Positions 27,459 to 36,874 of a stretch of 64,000 nucleotides of DNA are shown in pieces (position 1 is the first letter of the stretch; every line of letters begins with the position of its first letter). The stretch is taken from positions 11,215 through 75,214 of the forward strand of contig CAZUQM010000008.1 of the NCBI GenBank assembly GCA_964622545.1. The letters run 5' to 3'. Made by a program: the position numbers and the translations under genes. Source of the stretch: an uncultured Planctomycetales bacterium. GTDB lineage: Bacteria; Planctomycetota; Phycisphaerae; UBA1845; JAFGLZ01. The notes beneath the pieces were generated by a model. It was not told the DNA's origin, searched no databases, and worked only from the letters and a program-made list of their open reading frames with translations.

Positions 27459-28577
27459 CTAGGCCCCCTCCCCGACCGGAGTGGCCGATGGCTGCAACGC
27501 GACCCGTTCGCCCTTCTGCAGCCCCGACAGGACTTCGACCTTGTCGTCGAGCTGCTCACCGAGCTGCACGGAGCGGCGCCGGAGCGTGCCGTCCTGGGCG
27601 ACCTCGACGACGGTGAGCTGGCCGATACGTCGGACGGCGGCCTTGGGAACGGCGAGCACCTGCTCCTTCTCAAGCGGAATGATCAGTCTGCCGAACATGC
27701 CCGGCACCACGCCCGGCGGACACGGGCCGGTCACCTTGACCTCGAAGGTCCGGCTGGCGACCTCGGCCTGGGGGACAATCTCGCTGATCGTGCCCATGCA
27801 GGTCTTGTCCATCGCCTCCAGCCGTACGCCGATCTTCTGGCCGACGGCGAGGCGCTGGGTCAGCGACTCGCGGACGTTGGCCACGAGCTGCATCCGCGTG
27901 GTGTCGTAGAGCGTGACGAGCTTCTGCCCGGGCAAGACGGTGTCGCCCGACTCGACGTGCTTGTCGATGATGCGACCGTCCATAGGGCTCTTGACGGTCG
28001 CGTAGCCCAGGATGGTCTCGGCCTCGGCGACGGCTTGCTCGGCCTGTTTGAGCTGCGCCTCGGCGGTCTCCAGGGCCGTGGCCGTGCGCTCGTATTCGAT
28101 CTGGGCGGCGGCGTTCTTCTCGTACAGGTCTTTGATCCGCTTCATCTCGATCTTGGCCTGCTCGTGCTTGGCCCGGGCGGCGATGGCGTTGGCCTCGGCC
28201 TGACGGAGCTTGGCCCTGAGGTCTTCGTCGTCGAGCCGGACCAACACCTCGCCCTTCGTGACGTCCTGGCCGGCTTGGACGGTCACCTCGACGACGTTGG
28301 CGCGGATCTTGGAGGCCAGTACGGATTTCTGGACGGGTCGCACGGAGCCGACGGCGGACTCGGTGCGAGGCACCTCGACCGTGGTAACGGTCACGAGCTC
28401 AGCCTCGCCGACGGGCCTAGCCTGTCGTGTAGCCGACACGTGCTCGCCGACCTTGGGGTGGAACCAGCCGATCAGGTAGAGCATCAGCAGGACGACGACG
28501 ATGACGAAGCCGAGGCCGACGCCGGTCCACTTGAGGACGTTCATGACCTGGCCGGCTTTGGAGGGTGTCGAGCTCAT
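27459..28577 (-). CDS. RND periplasmic adaptor (MFP)
   Basis: N-terminal TM, lipoyl-like halves (V.AGQDVTKGEVL; SPMDG), alpha hairpin, PGMFGRL. Confidence 0.93.
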   Translation of the reverse strand: MSSTPSKAGQVMNVLKWTGVGLGFVIVVVLLMLYLIGWFHPKVGEHVSATRQARPVGEAELVTVTTVEVPRTESAVGSVRPVQKSVLASKIRANVVEVTVQAGQDVTKGEVLVRLDDEDLRAKLRQAEANAIAARAKHEQAKIEMKRIKDLYEKNAAAQIEYERTATALETAEAQLKQAEQAVAEAETILGYATVKSPMDGRIIDKHVESGDTVLPGQKLVTLYDTTRMQLVANVRESLTQRLAVGQKIGVRLEAMDKTCMGTISEIVPQAEVASRTFEVKVTGPCPPGVVPGMFGRLIIPLEKEQVLAVPKAAVRRIGQLTVVEVAQDGTLRRRSVQLGEQLDDKVEVLSGLQKGERVALQPSATPVGEGA

Positions 28578-28808
28578 AGTGGGGTCTCCGGCTGCACGGA
28601 CGGCTCAGGGACGTGCGGGCTCACGGATCGGGCGGCCTGCGCTGGCGCTCGGTTCTCGGGTCAAGCGGGCGGGCGCTCCCGGAGGCCGTCTCTATGGTGA
28701 ATACCTGCTAGGCGTTTCTGGTGCAACTCTTTCACAATGTGGTAAAACTGGCAACTCGTCGGGTCTCAGGCGCGAGAACCTCCAACCTCTCACAGAAAGG
28801 TACCGACC

Positions 28809-30209
28809 ATGTTCCGCACGATGCTGATCGCCGTCGCCGTCATGACGAGTTGTTCGACGTTGGTCCTGGCCGCGTCGCCCGCGCTGCCGGAGGTCGAGGC
28901 CGTGGTCCGGGAGTTCGTCGCGCTGGACGAGGCCCACAACGACGGCAAGGGTGAGTCCGAGTCGTCCAACTCGGCGACGCTGGGCTGGGGCGAATCCGGC
29001 TGGCTACGGTCGTACTGGCACATGTATGAGCTGACGGGCGACACGCGTTGGTGGGACAAGATCATCGCCCATGTCGACCGGATGCTCTTGAACCTCAGCG
29101 ACCACGACGGCGACGGCTTCATGTCGTGGCAGACGAGCCGCTACAGCACCGCTCTGATCCGGGCCGAGCGGCTGCACAATCGCGGGACGGCCAAGATCGC
29201 CGTCCGTGAGCCGAAGATCATGAACGGCAAGAAGGCGGCCAAGGTCACCGGCCATCGGTATGTGATCGAGTTCCACGACGCCAACACCTTCACCGTGCGA
29301 GACGCGACGACCTCGCGCGTGCTGGTGCCGAAGGCCGCCTACGCCGACGGCAAGCCGATCACGGTGGCCGAGAACGTCAGCGTGGTCATCACCGACAACC
29401 CGCGTCAGGGTGATTGCTTCTGTGTGTGGACCACCGCGCCCAAGGCCATCGAATACGTGGTGCATCAGGGGATGGTGCTCACGCCGGTGGCGCGCTTCAT
29501 CGAGCAGGCCCTGAAGCGCCCGGTGAACGATCCCTATCACGTCAAGGCCAAGGCCTTCTGCAAGGTGATCCGCAAGCATTTCCTGCTCGGCAACGAGAAG
29601 ACCTGGATCGACACGAAAGACGGCGCGGGGGCCCACCGCTTCGGTACCGAGCCGACGCAGCGCTACCCGAACCGCATCCTGCCGCACAACCAGTATCTCG
29701 CGCTGGCTCGGGCGTGGCTCATCCTGGCCGATGCAACCGGCGACGAGCTGTATCGCAAGCGTGCGGTCGCGATGGCCAAGCATTTCAAGCAGGCGCTGCG
29801 TCTCAGAGGGGACACGTACGAGTGGTATTACTGGGACTGGATCGAGAACGGCGAGCCCGGTCACAGTTTCATCGAGGATTCCTCGCACGGCCACATCGAC
29901 GTCGGGTTCGTGGTCGACGCGATCCGTCGTGGTGTCGTCTTTGCCGACGAGGACGGGAAGCGCCTCGCCCGCACGATGCTCGAGAAGATGTGGAACGGCT
30001 CGACCGAGGAGCCGGCGTTCGGCCGACACATCCACAGAGCGGACAACCCCGGCCTCTATGTCATCGACTGGGCCGAGCTGTGTCAGTGGGACCCGCGCGT
30101 GGCCGACCTGCTGGCCACGGCCATCATGGCCCGCAAGCCCGGCAAGACGCGCACGCAATACATGGCCGCGTTGCTCGTGGCGAAGAAACACGCGGCGGCG
30201 CGGCGGTAG
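28809..30209 (+). CDS. Secreted hypothetical protein, probable (alpha/alpha) toroid with inserted beta domain
   Basis: Signal peptide; helical YELTGDTRW and ATGDELYRKRA repeats typical of six-hairpin glycosidase-like folds. Confidence 0.6.
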   Translation: MFRTMLIAVAVMTSCSTLVLAASPALPEVEAVVREFVALDEAHNDGKGESESSNSATLGWGESGWLRSYWHMYELTGDTRWWDKIIAHVDRMLLNLSDHDGDGFMSWQTSRYSTALIRAERLHNRGTAKIAVREPKIMNGKKAAKVTGHRYVIEFHDANTFTVRDATTSRVLVPKAAYADGKPITVAENVSVVITDNPRQGDCFCVWTTAPKAIEYVVHQGMVLTPVARFIEQALKRPVNDPYHVKAKAFCKVIRKHFLLGNEKTWIDTKDGAGAHRFGTEPTQRYPNRILPHNQYLALARAWLILADATGDELYRKRAVAMAKHFKQALRLRGDTYEWYYWDWIENGEPGHSFIEDSSHGHIDVGFVVDAIRRGVVFADEDGKRLARTMLEKMWNGSTEEPAFGRHIHRADNPGLYVIDWAELCQWDPRVADLLATAIMARKPGKTRTQYMAALLVAKKHAAARR

Positions 30210-30315
30210 GCGTCGTTGTTGACAAGCGCGACGCACGGGGATTGAATGACCACAAGCGGCCGCCGAGACGCGGTCCGATTGGTTCACAACCCACTTCTGA
30301 CAAGGAGCCCAAGCG

Positions 30316-31779
30316 ATGAAGATCGGCATCGTCTCGTTCACGGACGGGCGCAAGCGGGTGGCCAAGGCCACCGATGAGACCTGCAAGTCCTTCGAGAAGG
30401 GCCTGGCCAGCTACTTCAAGCGAAAGCGTCACCAGGTGGTCATCGCGCCGCGCGTGGTGTGGAACTACGAGACCGCTCGCCGCGCCGCGGCCAAGTTCAA
30501 CCAGGCCGACATCGACGTGGCCGTCTTCAACTTCTGTGTTTGGAGCTATCCGGACTTGACGGCCCAGGTGGCCAACCTGATCGGTCTGGACGTGCCGATC
30601 CTGCAGCTCGGCAACATCAACCCGGCCTATCCGGGATGGGTGGCGTTCTTCGCCTCGGCCGGCACGCTGGCCGAGATCGGCCGGCCCTTCGGGCGGGTGC
30701 TGGGCGACATCAAGGACAAGAAGGTGCAGGCCCAGGTCGACACGTTCCTCCGCGAGCACGACCCGGACGACCGGGCGAAAGGCTACGCGGCGGCCGCGGC
30801 CCTGCACGGCCAGCGGTACGGCGAGTTCGACGGGCCGAGCATGGGCATGTATACGGGCCACGTCGATCAATCGCAGTGGATGGAGCAGTTCGGCATCCAG
30901 GTGTACCACCGCAGCCAGCTCACGCTCGTGCAGGAGATGAAGCGGATCAAGGACGATCGTGTCCAGGCCGGTCTCGACTGGCTGGAGCGCTACACCGCCG
31001 AGATCCACTGGGACGACAAGAAGCTCACGCCGGGCCTCGACGGCACGCTGGCGCGGCAGGTGCGGATGTACCTGGCGATGAAGGATTTCTGCAAAACCGA
31101 GGGCATCGACTTCTGCGGCCTGACGGGTCAGCTCGACATGACCGAGTATGCCGAGCTGTGCATCGGCGACGTGCAAGAGGCCATCCTCAACGACATCGCC
31201 GACTGGGAAGACAGCCCGAAGAAGCCGATCATCTGCGCCACCGAGTGCGACAGCAACGGCGCGCTGACGATGCAGCTCATGCACGAGCTCACCGGCACGC
31301 CCGTGCTCTTTGCCGACCTGCGCCACTACCACGAGAAGGAAGACCTGTACGACCTGGTCAACAGCGGCGAGCACTCGCCCTGGTTCGCCCAGCGGAGCAG
31401 CGACTTCCGCCGGAACTGGAAGCAGGTGCACCTCCGTCCCGCCAGCGACTTCTACTTCCGTGCAGGCGGATGCAGCGTGCAGTTCTACGCCAAGCCGGCG
31501 GACAAGGTTACCTTCGGGCGCATCACGCGGACGGCCGGCCGGTTCCAGATGCACCTCTTCACCGGCTCGTTCGAAAAGCTCTCGCGCAAGAAGGAGGAGC
31601 AGCTCGCCAAGCAGACGACGTATGAGTGGCCGCACGCGTTCGCCAAGTTCGACATCTCGCTGGAGACGCTCCGCGACAACTACAACAGCAACCACATCCA
31701 CGCGATCATCGGCGACCACGTGGCCTCCCTGACCGCGGCCTGCGAGGTGCTGGGCATTGAGGCGGTGGTGTTGAGTTGA
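30316..31779 (+). CDS. L-fucose/D-arabinose isomerase family protein
   Basis: SMGMYTG, CATECDSNGALTM, FADLRH, NSG, WPHAFAKF, SNHIHAIIGD. Confidence 0.88.
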   Translation: MKIGIVSFTDGRKRVAKATDETCKSFEKGLASYFKRKRHQVVIAPRVVWNYETARRAAAKFNQADIDVAVFNFCVWSYPDLTAQVANLIGLDVPILQLGNINPAYPGWVAFFASAGTLAEIGRPFGRVLGDIKDKKVQAQVDTFLREHDPDDRAKGYAAAAALHGQRYGEFDGPSMGMYTGHVDQSQWMEQFGIQVYHRSQLTLVQEMKRIKDDRVQAGLDWLERYTAEIHWDDKKLTPGLDGTLARQVRMYLAMKDFCKTEGIDFCGLTGQLDMTEYAELCIGDVQEAILNDIADWEDSPKKPIICATECDSNGALTMQLMHELTGTPVLFADLRHYHEKEDLYDLVNSGEHSPWFAQRSSDFRRNWKQVHLRPASDFYFRAGGCSVQFYAKPADKVTFGRITRTAGRFQMHLFTGSFEKLSRKKEEQLAKQTTYEWPHAFAKFDISLETLRDNYNSNHIHAIIGDHVASLTAACEVLGIEAVVLS

Positions 31780-31835
31780 GGGCCGACCCGTCTGGGACGG
31801 TCTTTGACTGACGTGGTAAGGCTCGGTATCCGTCG

Positions 31836-32291
31836 ATGGGGAAGTACGAGCATCATGGGGTAACCGACATGAGGAACGCGTCGCTCAAGCGGCGCGCTGA
31901 TGCTTGGGCCCTTCTCGTCGAACCTGAGAAACAGCCAAACCAGAAGGAACATGCCAGAGGGGCCATGCACCTGGGTAAGACCTCCGTCGAGTGTAAGACC
32001 AAGGCGATAGCGATGGAGATCCATCGTTGCACGACACTCAGACAACTTGTCGAGAAGCTCGATTTGGATGAACGAGATGTTTACGACCATGGACTCGAAG
32101 CGCTCCGGAAGAAGCTCTTGGCGTCGTATGGACGATTCAGAAAGAGCCCGGCCTGGAGGGGTTTCTCAACACAGGTCAATGCTTGGCGGCCCACATGGCG
32201 GTATGATGGAGAAGATGCCCATTGGACGGACGCCAAGAGCTTCCTTGAAGCGGTGGATGTCGTCAGGGAATGGCTGGATCGGAACAACTGA
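31836..32291 (+). CDS. HEPN domain-containing protein
   Basis: RRADAWALL, GAMHLG..VECKTKA, DHGLEAL, WRPTWRY, AKSFLEAV..V..W match the helix order of HEPN (PF05168-like); AT-richer codons. Confidence 0.65.
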   Translation: MGKYEHHGVTDMRNASLKRRADAWALLVEPEKQPNQKEHARGAMHLGKTSVECKTKAIAMEIHRCTTLRQLVEKLDLDERDVYDHGLEALRKKLLASYGRFRKSPAWRGFSTQVNAWRPTWRYDGEDAHWTDAKSFLEAVDVVREWLDRNN

Positions 32292-32317
32292 CCTGTTCCT
32301 CGGACGGGAGAATCGAT

Positions 32318-32602
32318 ATGGCTGGCGACGATTCGAGCGGCAATGTGTGTCGACCACGTGATGAGATCAAGAGGATTCTTGAAGAGACGCTTCGCCCGGC
32401 CTTTCCCAACGACACCGTCGACATCTCGGACGGCTACCAGGACAACATCCACGTTCTCGTCGTCTCCCGCCAGTTCGATGAGATGGACGAACGCGAGAAA
32501 CATGAGATCCTCTGAGAGTTGGTCGATGCATCCGATCTCAACGAAGCCGAGAAGGGGCTCATCAGCCTGATGATGGCCGTGAGTCCGGCCGCGATTAAGT
32601 AG
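32318..32602 (+). pseudogene. BolA/IbaG-like small protein interrupted by an in-frame TGA (32513-32515)
   Basis: EIKRILEETLRPAFPNDTVDISDGYQDNIHVLVVSRQFDEMDEREKHEIL*ELVDASDLNEAEKGLISLMMAVSPAAIK; the frame continues plausibly to TAG at 32600-32602. Confidence 0.6.
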
Positions 32603-32676
32603 ACCGCCCGTTCTTCATCCAGGCCGGACCATCCGAAACGATCCACGAAGAGTCGCCGGTTTCTTAAGGATTCGAC

Positions 32677-34110
32677 GTGACCCAACCCATCCGTCGCCGT
32701 ACCTTCCTGAAGTCGACCGCGCTGGGCGGGCTGGCTGGGGCCGGCGCGCTCGGCGGCGTGTCGAACGATGCGAGCGCTCAGAGTTCGGCCGAGTCTTCGG
32801 GCCACGCGGCGGCGCAAACGTGCCACGAAGCGGCCCGCGACATCCCCGTCGTCGAGCACGCCGACGTCATCGTCTGCGGTGGCGGACCGGCCGGCATCGC
32901 CGCTGCGCTCGCGGCGGCAAGGAGCGGCGCGTCGACACGGCTCATCGAAGTCAACGGCTGTCTCGGCGGTGTGTGGACGGCAGGCCTGCTGAGCTGGATC
33001 CTCGACCATCAGCATAAGACGGGCCTGATGAAGGCCTTGCTGGCCACGCTCAAGCAGGGTGGCGCGGCCACGGCGTACAAACGCGGCATCTCGTACGATG
33101 TCGAGCAGATGAAGCTCCTGCTCGAGCAGCGCTGCGTCGAGGCCGGCGTCCGCGTGCGGCATCATACGCGTCTCGTCGGTACGGCACGGGAGGGCCGGAC
33201 GATCCGCCATGCCATCACCGAGAGCAAGTCCGGACGCGAGGCCTGGTCGGCCAAGGTGTTCCTCGATGCGACCGGCGACGGCGACCTGGCTGCCCGGGCC
33301 GGTTGCGGGTTCGATCTCGGCGAACCGGGCACCGGCCGCGTGCAGCCGATGAGCCTGATCGCCCTGCTGACGGGCCTTGATCCTGAGAAGATCGCGCCGT
33401 TCGTGCGTGGTCTGGCCGAGCCCAAGTGGCGGAATCCGAAGGGCCGGCTCCTGGCCGAGATGGAGAAGGCCGGCGTCTCGCCTTCCTATGCCGCCCCGAC
33501 GATGTTCTACATCCGTGACGATCTCTTCTGCATGATGGCCAACCACGAGTACGGCGTGTCGGCCACCGACGCCGGCGAGATCACCGCAGCGACGATCCGC
33601 GCCCGGGCCGAGGTCCACCGGCTCGTCGACGGGCTCCGATCGCTCGGCGGCGTGTGGAAATCGGCCCGCATCGTGGCCACGCCCGAGCACATCGGCGTTC
33701 GCGAGGGGCGCCGCATCCACGGGCTGTACCGCGTAACGACGGGCGATCTGATCCGGGGCGCCCGTCACGACGACGCCGTCTGCCGCGTACGGTTTCCCGT
33801 CGACGTCCACTCGACCGATCCGGACAAGACCAAGGCCATCGCCAAGTCGAAGGTCCGGGCCAAGCCCTACGATATCCCCTACCGGGCCTTGATCGCCAGG
33901 GACGCCGACAACCTCCTGATGGCGGGTCGCTGTATCAGCGGTGACTTCATCGCGCATTCGAGCTACCGCGTGACGGGCAACGCCGTGCCAATGGGCGAGG
34001 CCGCAGGCACAGCGGCCGCCCTGGCCGCCAAGAGGAGCGTCCTGCCGAGAGAGCTCGCCTGGCCCGACGTCGAGCGGGGCATCGAGACGATCACCAAGGA
34101 GTCCGCGTAA
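32677..34110 (+). CDS. Tat-exported FAD-dependent oxidoreductase (FAD_oxidored family)
   Basis: IRRRTFLK; VCGGGPAG, DATGDGDLA, GVREGRRI, YDIPYRAL, AGRCISGD. Confidence 0.9.
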   Translation: MTQPIRRRTFLKSTALGGLAGAGALGGVSNDASAQSSAESSGHAAAQTCHEAARDIPVVEHADVIVCGGGPAGIAAALAAARSGASTRLIEVNGCLGGVWTAGLLSWILDHQHKTGLMKALLATLKQGGAATAYKRGISYDVEQMKLLLEQRCVEAGVRVRHHTRLVGTAREGRTIRHAITESKSGREAWSAKVFLDATGDGDLAARAGCGFDLGEPGTGRVQPMSLIALLTGLDPEKIAPFVRGLAEPKWRNPKGRLLAEMEKAGVSPSYAAPTMFYIRDDLFCMMANHEYGVSATDAGEITAATIRARAEVHRLVDGLRSLGGVWKSARIVATPEHIGVREGRRIHGLYRVTTGDLIRGARHDDAVCRVRFPVDVHSTDPDKTKAIAKSKVRAKPYDIPYRALIARDADNLLMAGRCISGDFIAHSSYRVTGNAVPMGEAAGTAAALAAKRSVLPRELAWPDVERGIETITKESA

Positions 34111-34153
34111 CCCCAACAAAATGGGACCGCCGACGGCAAGGTGGCGGTCCCAT
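34111..34153. terminator. Terminator between convergent genes
   Basis: ATGGGACCGCC/GGCGGTCCCAT inverted repeat (34121-34153) with a T-rich tail on the minus strand. Confidence 0.7.
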
Positions 34154-34185
34154 GGAATGCGTATGCGTGTGGTGCTGGAGGCGGA

Positions 34186-34854
34186 CTAACGGCGACGACG
34201 TATGAGCGCGAGGCCGGCCAGGGCAACCAGACCGAAGCTCGCAGGCTCCGGGACGCACTGGGCAACGACATAGACCTCCCTGAGTGCCGCTCCTTCCGGA
34301 AGCACCCCAATCCAGATCTCCTCGTACAGCGGGTTCGGGTACATGGTGAGACTGATCGTGAGCCGCTCGTAGTCGGCGAGCATGTGATCTTGCACCACGT
34401 TCCCAGACGCATCGAGCATCTCGGACTGTTGTGTCCAGTCGTCGTAGGAATCGAACGGATCCCAACTCAGACTGGTGAAGGCGCGGTCGCCGGAGAAGTC
34501 GTCCACGCGCTCGTAAATGTACTGAATCCAGAACAACTTGTGTGTGTTGATGGTGTTGTCCACGTTGGGAAGCACGGTGTGCCACTGTGCGGGATTGCCA
34601 AAGGCCTCTCGGCCGGCTTGGTAGTCCCATACAGGCTCGGTGTCTCCGACGTAGCGATCCCAGTCCGGCTTGGCGCCGCTGGTGCCGGGGTCAAAGGGGT
34701 CGTCGAAAAACCAGCCGAGCTTGGTCTGGGCCTCGGGTTCCCACACGGGTACCCCTGACGGTCCAAACGAGGGGTCAACCACAAACGCTTGAACAGCAGC
34801 AACCGGTAGGGCTACAGCGCACAACAGTGCTCCCATTGCGGGAAGCTTCTTCAT
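34186..34854 (-). CDS. PEP-CTERM sorting domain protein
   Basis: SD AGGAGGT; signal peptide ending VQA; C-terminal VPEPASFGLVALAGLALIRRRR. Confidence 0.92.
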   Translation of the reverse strand: MKKLPAMGALLCAVALPVAAVQAFVVDPSFGPSGVPVWEPEAQTKLGWFFDDPFDPGTSGAKPDWDRYVGDTEPVWDYQAGREAFGNPAQWHTVLPNVDNTINTHKLFWIQYIYERVDDFSGDRAFTSLSWDPFDSYDDWTQQSEMLDASGNVVQDHMLADYERLTISLTMYPNPLYEEIWIGVLPEGAALREVYVVAQCVPEPASFGLVALAGLALIRRRR

Positions 34855-35461
34855 ACCCTTACCTCCTTTCCCTGTGTCCCTTGTTTGCCGAGCCGCTATC
34901 ACGCGGCTCAGTCAAACAGCCTCCAGTGCGACCAGCCAAAGATGCAGCGCTGATCCGCACCGACCCCGGTCCATACCGAGGCCCCTCACGCATACTACGA
35001 CGCATAAATCGCAGGCAATTCGCAGCCTTTCCCAAAGACTGCTGCGGCAAGCAAGAAGCCCGCCGCGAAGGCAACGAGCTTCTCCCCTCGTGATGTGATG
35101 TTCGTGCGATGCGACCTTGCCGACGCTTCACGCGAACTGGGAGGTCCCCCCGGGAACGTGCCCCTCTCTCAGCCTCCCGACCTGCCTAGTTTGTATCATG
35201 AACGCTGGCGGAAAGGAAGGCAAATCTAAAAAACAAATCAAGACCTATGAGATCGATCTTAGGCGGCATTCTTCGCAACAACGTCCTGTAATAATTGGCT
35301 TTAGGACGTTCAACAAAAGGCGTGGCAACAGAGGTATAGGGAAAACCCTATGGTCCTTGTTCTGCCAATTCCCCCAGGCGATAGAGGATGGCTGATGTCC
35401 TTAAGCGGTGCGACCCGTCGCGGACCGATCGGGACGTCAGCCGCTCGACGCCATCGCGCGC

Positions 35462-36739
35462 TCACTCGGCTACCTTGCCGTAGGCGGCTCGTAAGAGATC
35501 CTTTTCGCTGAAGCGCACGGCGTAGACCGTGCTGTCGATCCACTGCTTGCGATACCCGGCCGTGACGGGCATGTCGTAGTAGACCACGACGACCGTGCCA
35601 TCGCCGGCCTGCGCCCCGTTGGCATAGCCGCAACTCGCGCTGTAGGCATCCCAGGCCAGCGAGACGCGATGGTCGTAGTCCCACTTCTCGCCATCGGCCC
35701 TGCCGAGCATCGCACAGGCTCCGAACGGCGGGCGGCGATTGCCCCATGTCGCCAGCAGCTTGCCGCTGTTGAGCAGGAACGCCCCGCCGGGCTGTTGACC
35801 CGGCTCGGTCAGCGGCGTGGGACCCTTCCACGTCCGGCCCTTGTCGTCGGAGATGTACTGCACGACGTCGTGCCTGGGCGTACGAACGTGCGCCAGCAGT
35901 CGATCGCCCGTCAGGCACAGCGCGGTCTCTTCGTAGAGCTGGTCGTCGTTGCCGCTACCGATGACCGAAATGTCGCCCCACGTTCGGCCGTTGTCGATCG
36001 ACCGAATCACGCCCCAGAGCTTCAGCGTGCCCGGCGGGACCTGGATCGGCCCGGTGTAATCCGTGTTGTACGAGCCGTACAGCGACATCATGGCCGTGCC
36101 GTCTTTGAGCGTGACGATTCGCCATTGTGGCGAGACACCGCGGTGATGCTTGGGCGTGGGCTTGCCGCAGAACGGTCCGATGGGCATCCGTCGCACCGGC
36201 ACCCACGTCCGGCCGAGGTCGTCCGACCACGTGTAGAAAACGCCTTGGTTCTCGTGCGGGTAGTTCTTGCCGGGCCGAAATGCGGGCTTGCCGGCCTTGT
36301 CGTAGTGGTAATCGAGTCGGCAGAACGAACAGACGATGCGGCCACTCGGCAACTGACCCAACGCCAGGTTCCGGTCCTGGAGGACGACGTAGCCGCCGTC
36401 GGGCTTTCGTTGGAAGAGCCTACCACCCGGCCCCCGGCGTTCGGCCACGAGCACGGGCTTCGACCACGTCTTGCCTGCGTCGATGGACCGATGCCACTCG
36501 ATGCTGACGTTGACGGCCTCGATGGCCTTGAGGGGCCTTGCCTTCGTTACGGCCACACCGAGCGATCCATCGGCCAGCGGCGCGATCGCGCCCCACGCGG
36601 CATGCTCGGCGATGACGACGCGCCGGGCGGACGTGAGCTTCCGGGCGCCGTCGTCGGCGAAGGCGGGGGCCGAGACGGAGAGAACAGCGCAGACTATCGC
36701 GCTGGCACCAGTGGTTACCGATTTGGAGGTTCCCGTCAT
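35462..36739 (-). CDS. Secreted BNR/Asp-box sialidase-like beta-propeller
   Basis: Signal peptide; Asp-boxes SIDAGKTW, SDDLGRTW, SIDNGRTW, SDDKGRTW. Confidence 0.85.
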   Translation of the reverse strand: MTGTSKSVTTGASAIVCAVLSVSAPAFADDGARKLTSARRVVIAEHAAWGAIAPLADGSLGVAVTKARPLKAIEAVNVSIEWHRSIDAGKTWSKPVLVAERRGPGGRLFQRKPDGGYVVLQDRNLALGQLPSGRIVCSFCRLDYHYDKAGKPAFRPGKNYPHENQGVFYTWSDDLGRTWVPVRRMPIGPFCGKPTPKHHRGVSPQWRIVTLKDGTAMMSLYGSYNTDYTGPIQVPPGTLKLWGVIRSIDNGRTWGDISVIGSGNDDQLYEETALCLTGDRLLAHVRTPRHDVVQYISDDKGRTWKGPTPLTEPGQQPGGAFLLNSGKLLATWGNRRPPFGACAMLGRADGEKWDYDHRVSLAWDAYSASCGYANGAQAGDGTVVVVYYDMPVTAGYRKQWIDSTVYAVRFSEKDLLRAAYGKVAE

Positions 36740-36874
36740 CACGATCACTCCTGCATCGTCCGACCTACGTTGGGGTCACAATGTGCCTCACTCTGGTAGT
36801 CTGAATTCGCGTCCCCCACCTCCTGAAGAGGTGCCCGCCCGCCGCCAACCCGCACGATGATGCCTGACGCAGGA

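Noticed and set aside
28720-28742. TTGTGAA half-site resembling a Rex operator upstream of the RND operon
   Set aside because: The second half and the spacing do not fit TTGTGAA-N4-TTCACAA
1502-32515. In-frame TGA at Cys-like (1502) and Trp-like (32513) positions suggesting selenocysteine or genetic code reassignment
   Set aside because: Many intact genes here end in TGA, including ATGA overlaps; the first case also has a frameshift; no SECIS-like hairpin recognised
34880-35180. GATAGCGG and GCTGAGA fragments hinting at c-di-GMP-I or TPP riboswitches
   Set aside because: The remaining conserved cores are absent; reported only as unexplained hairpins
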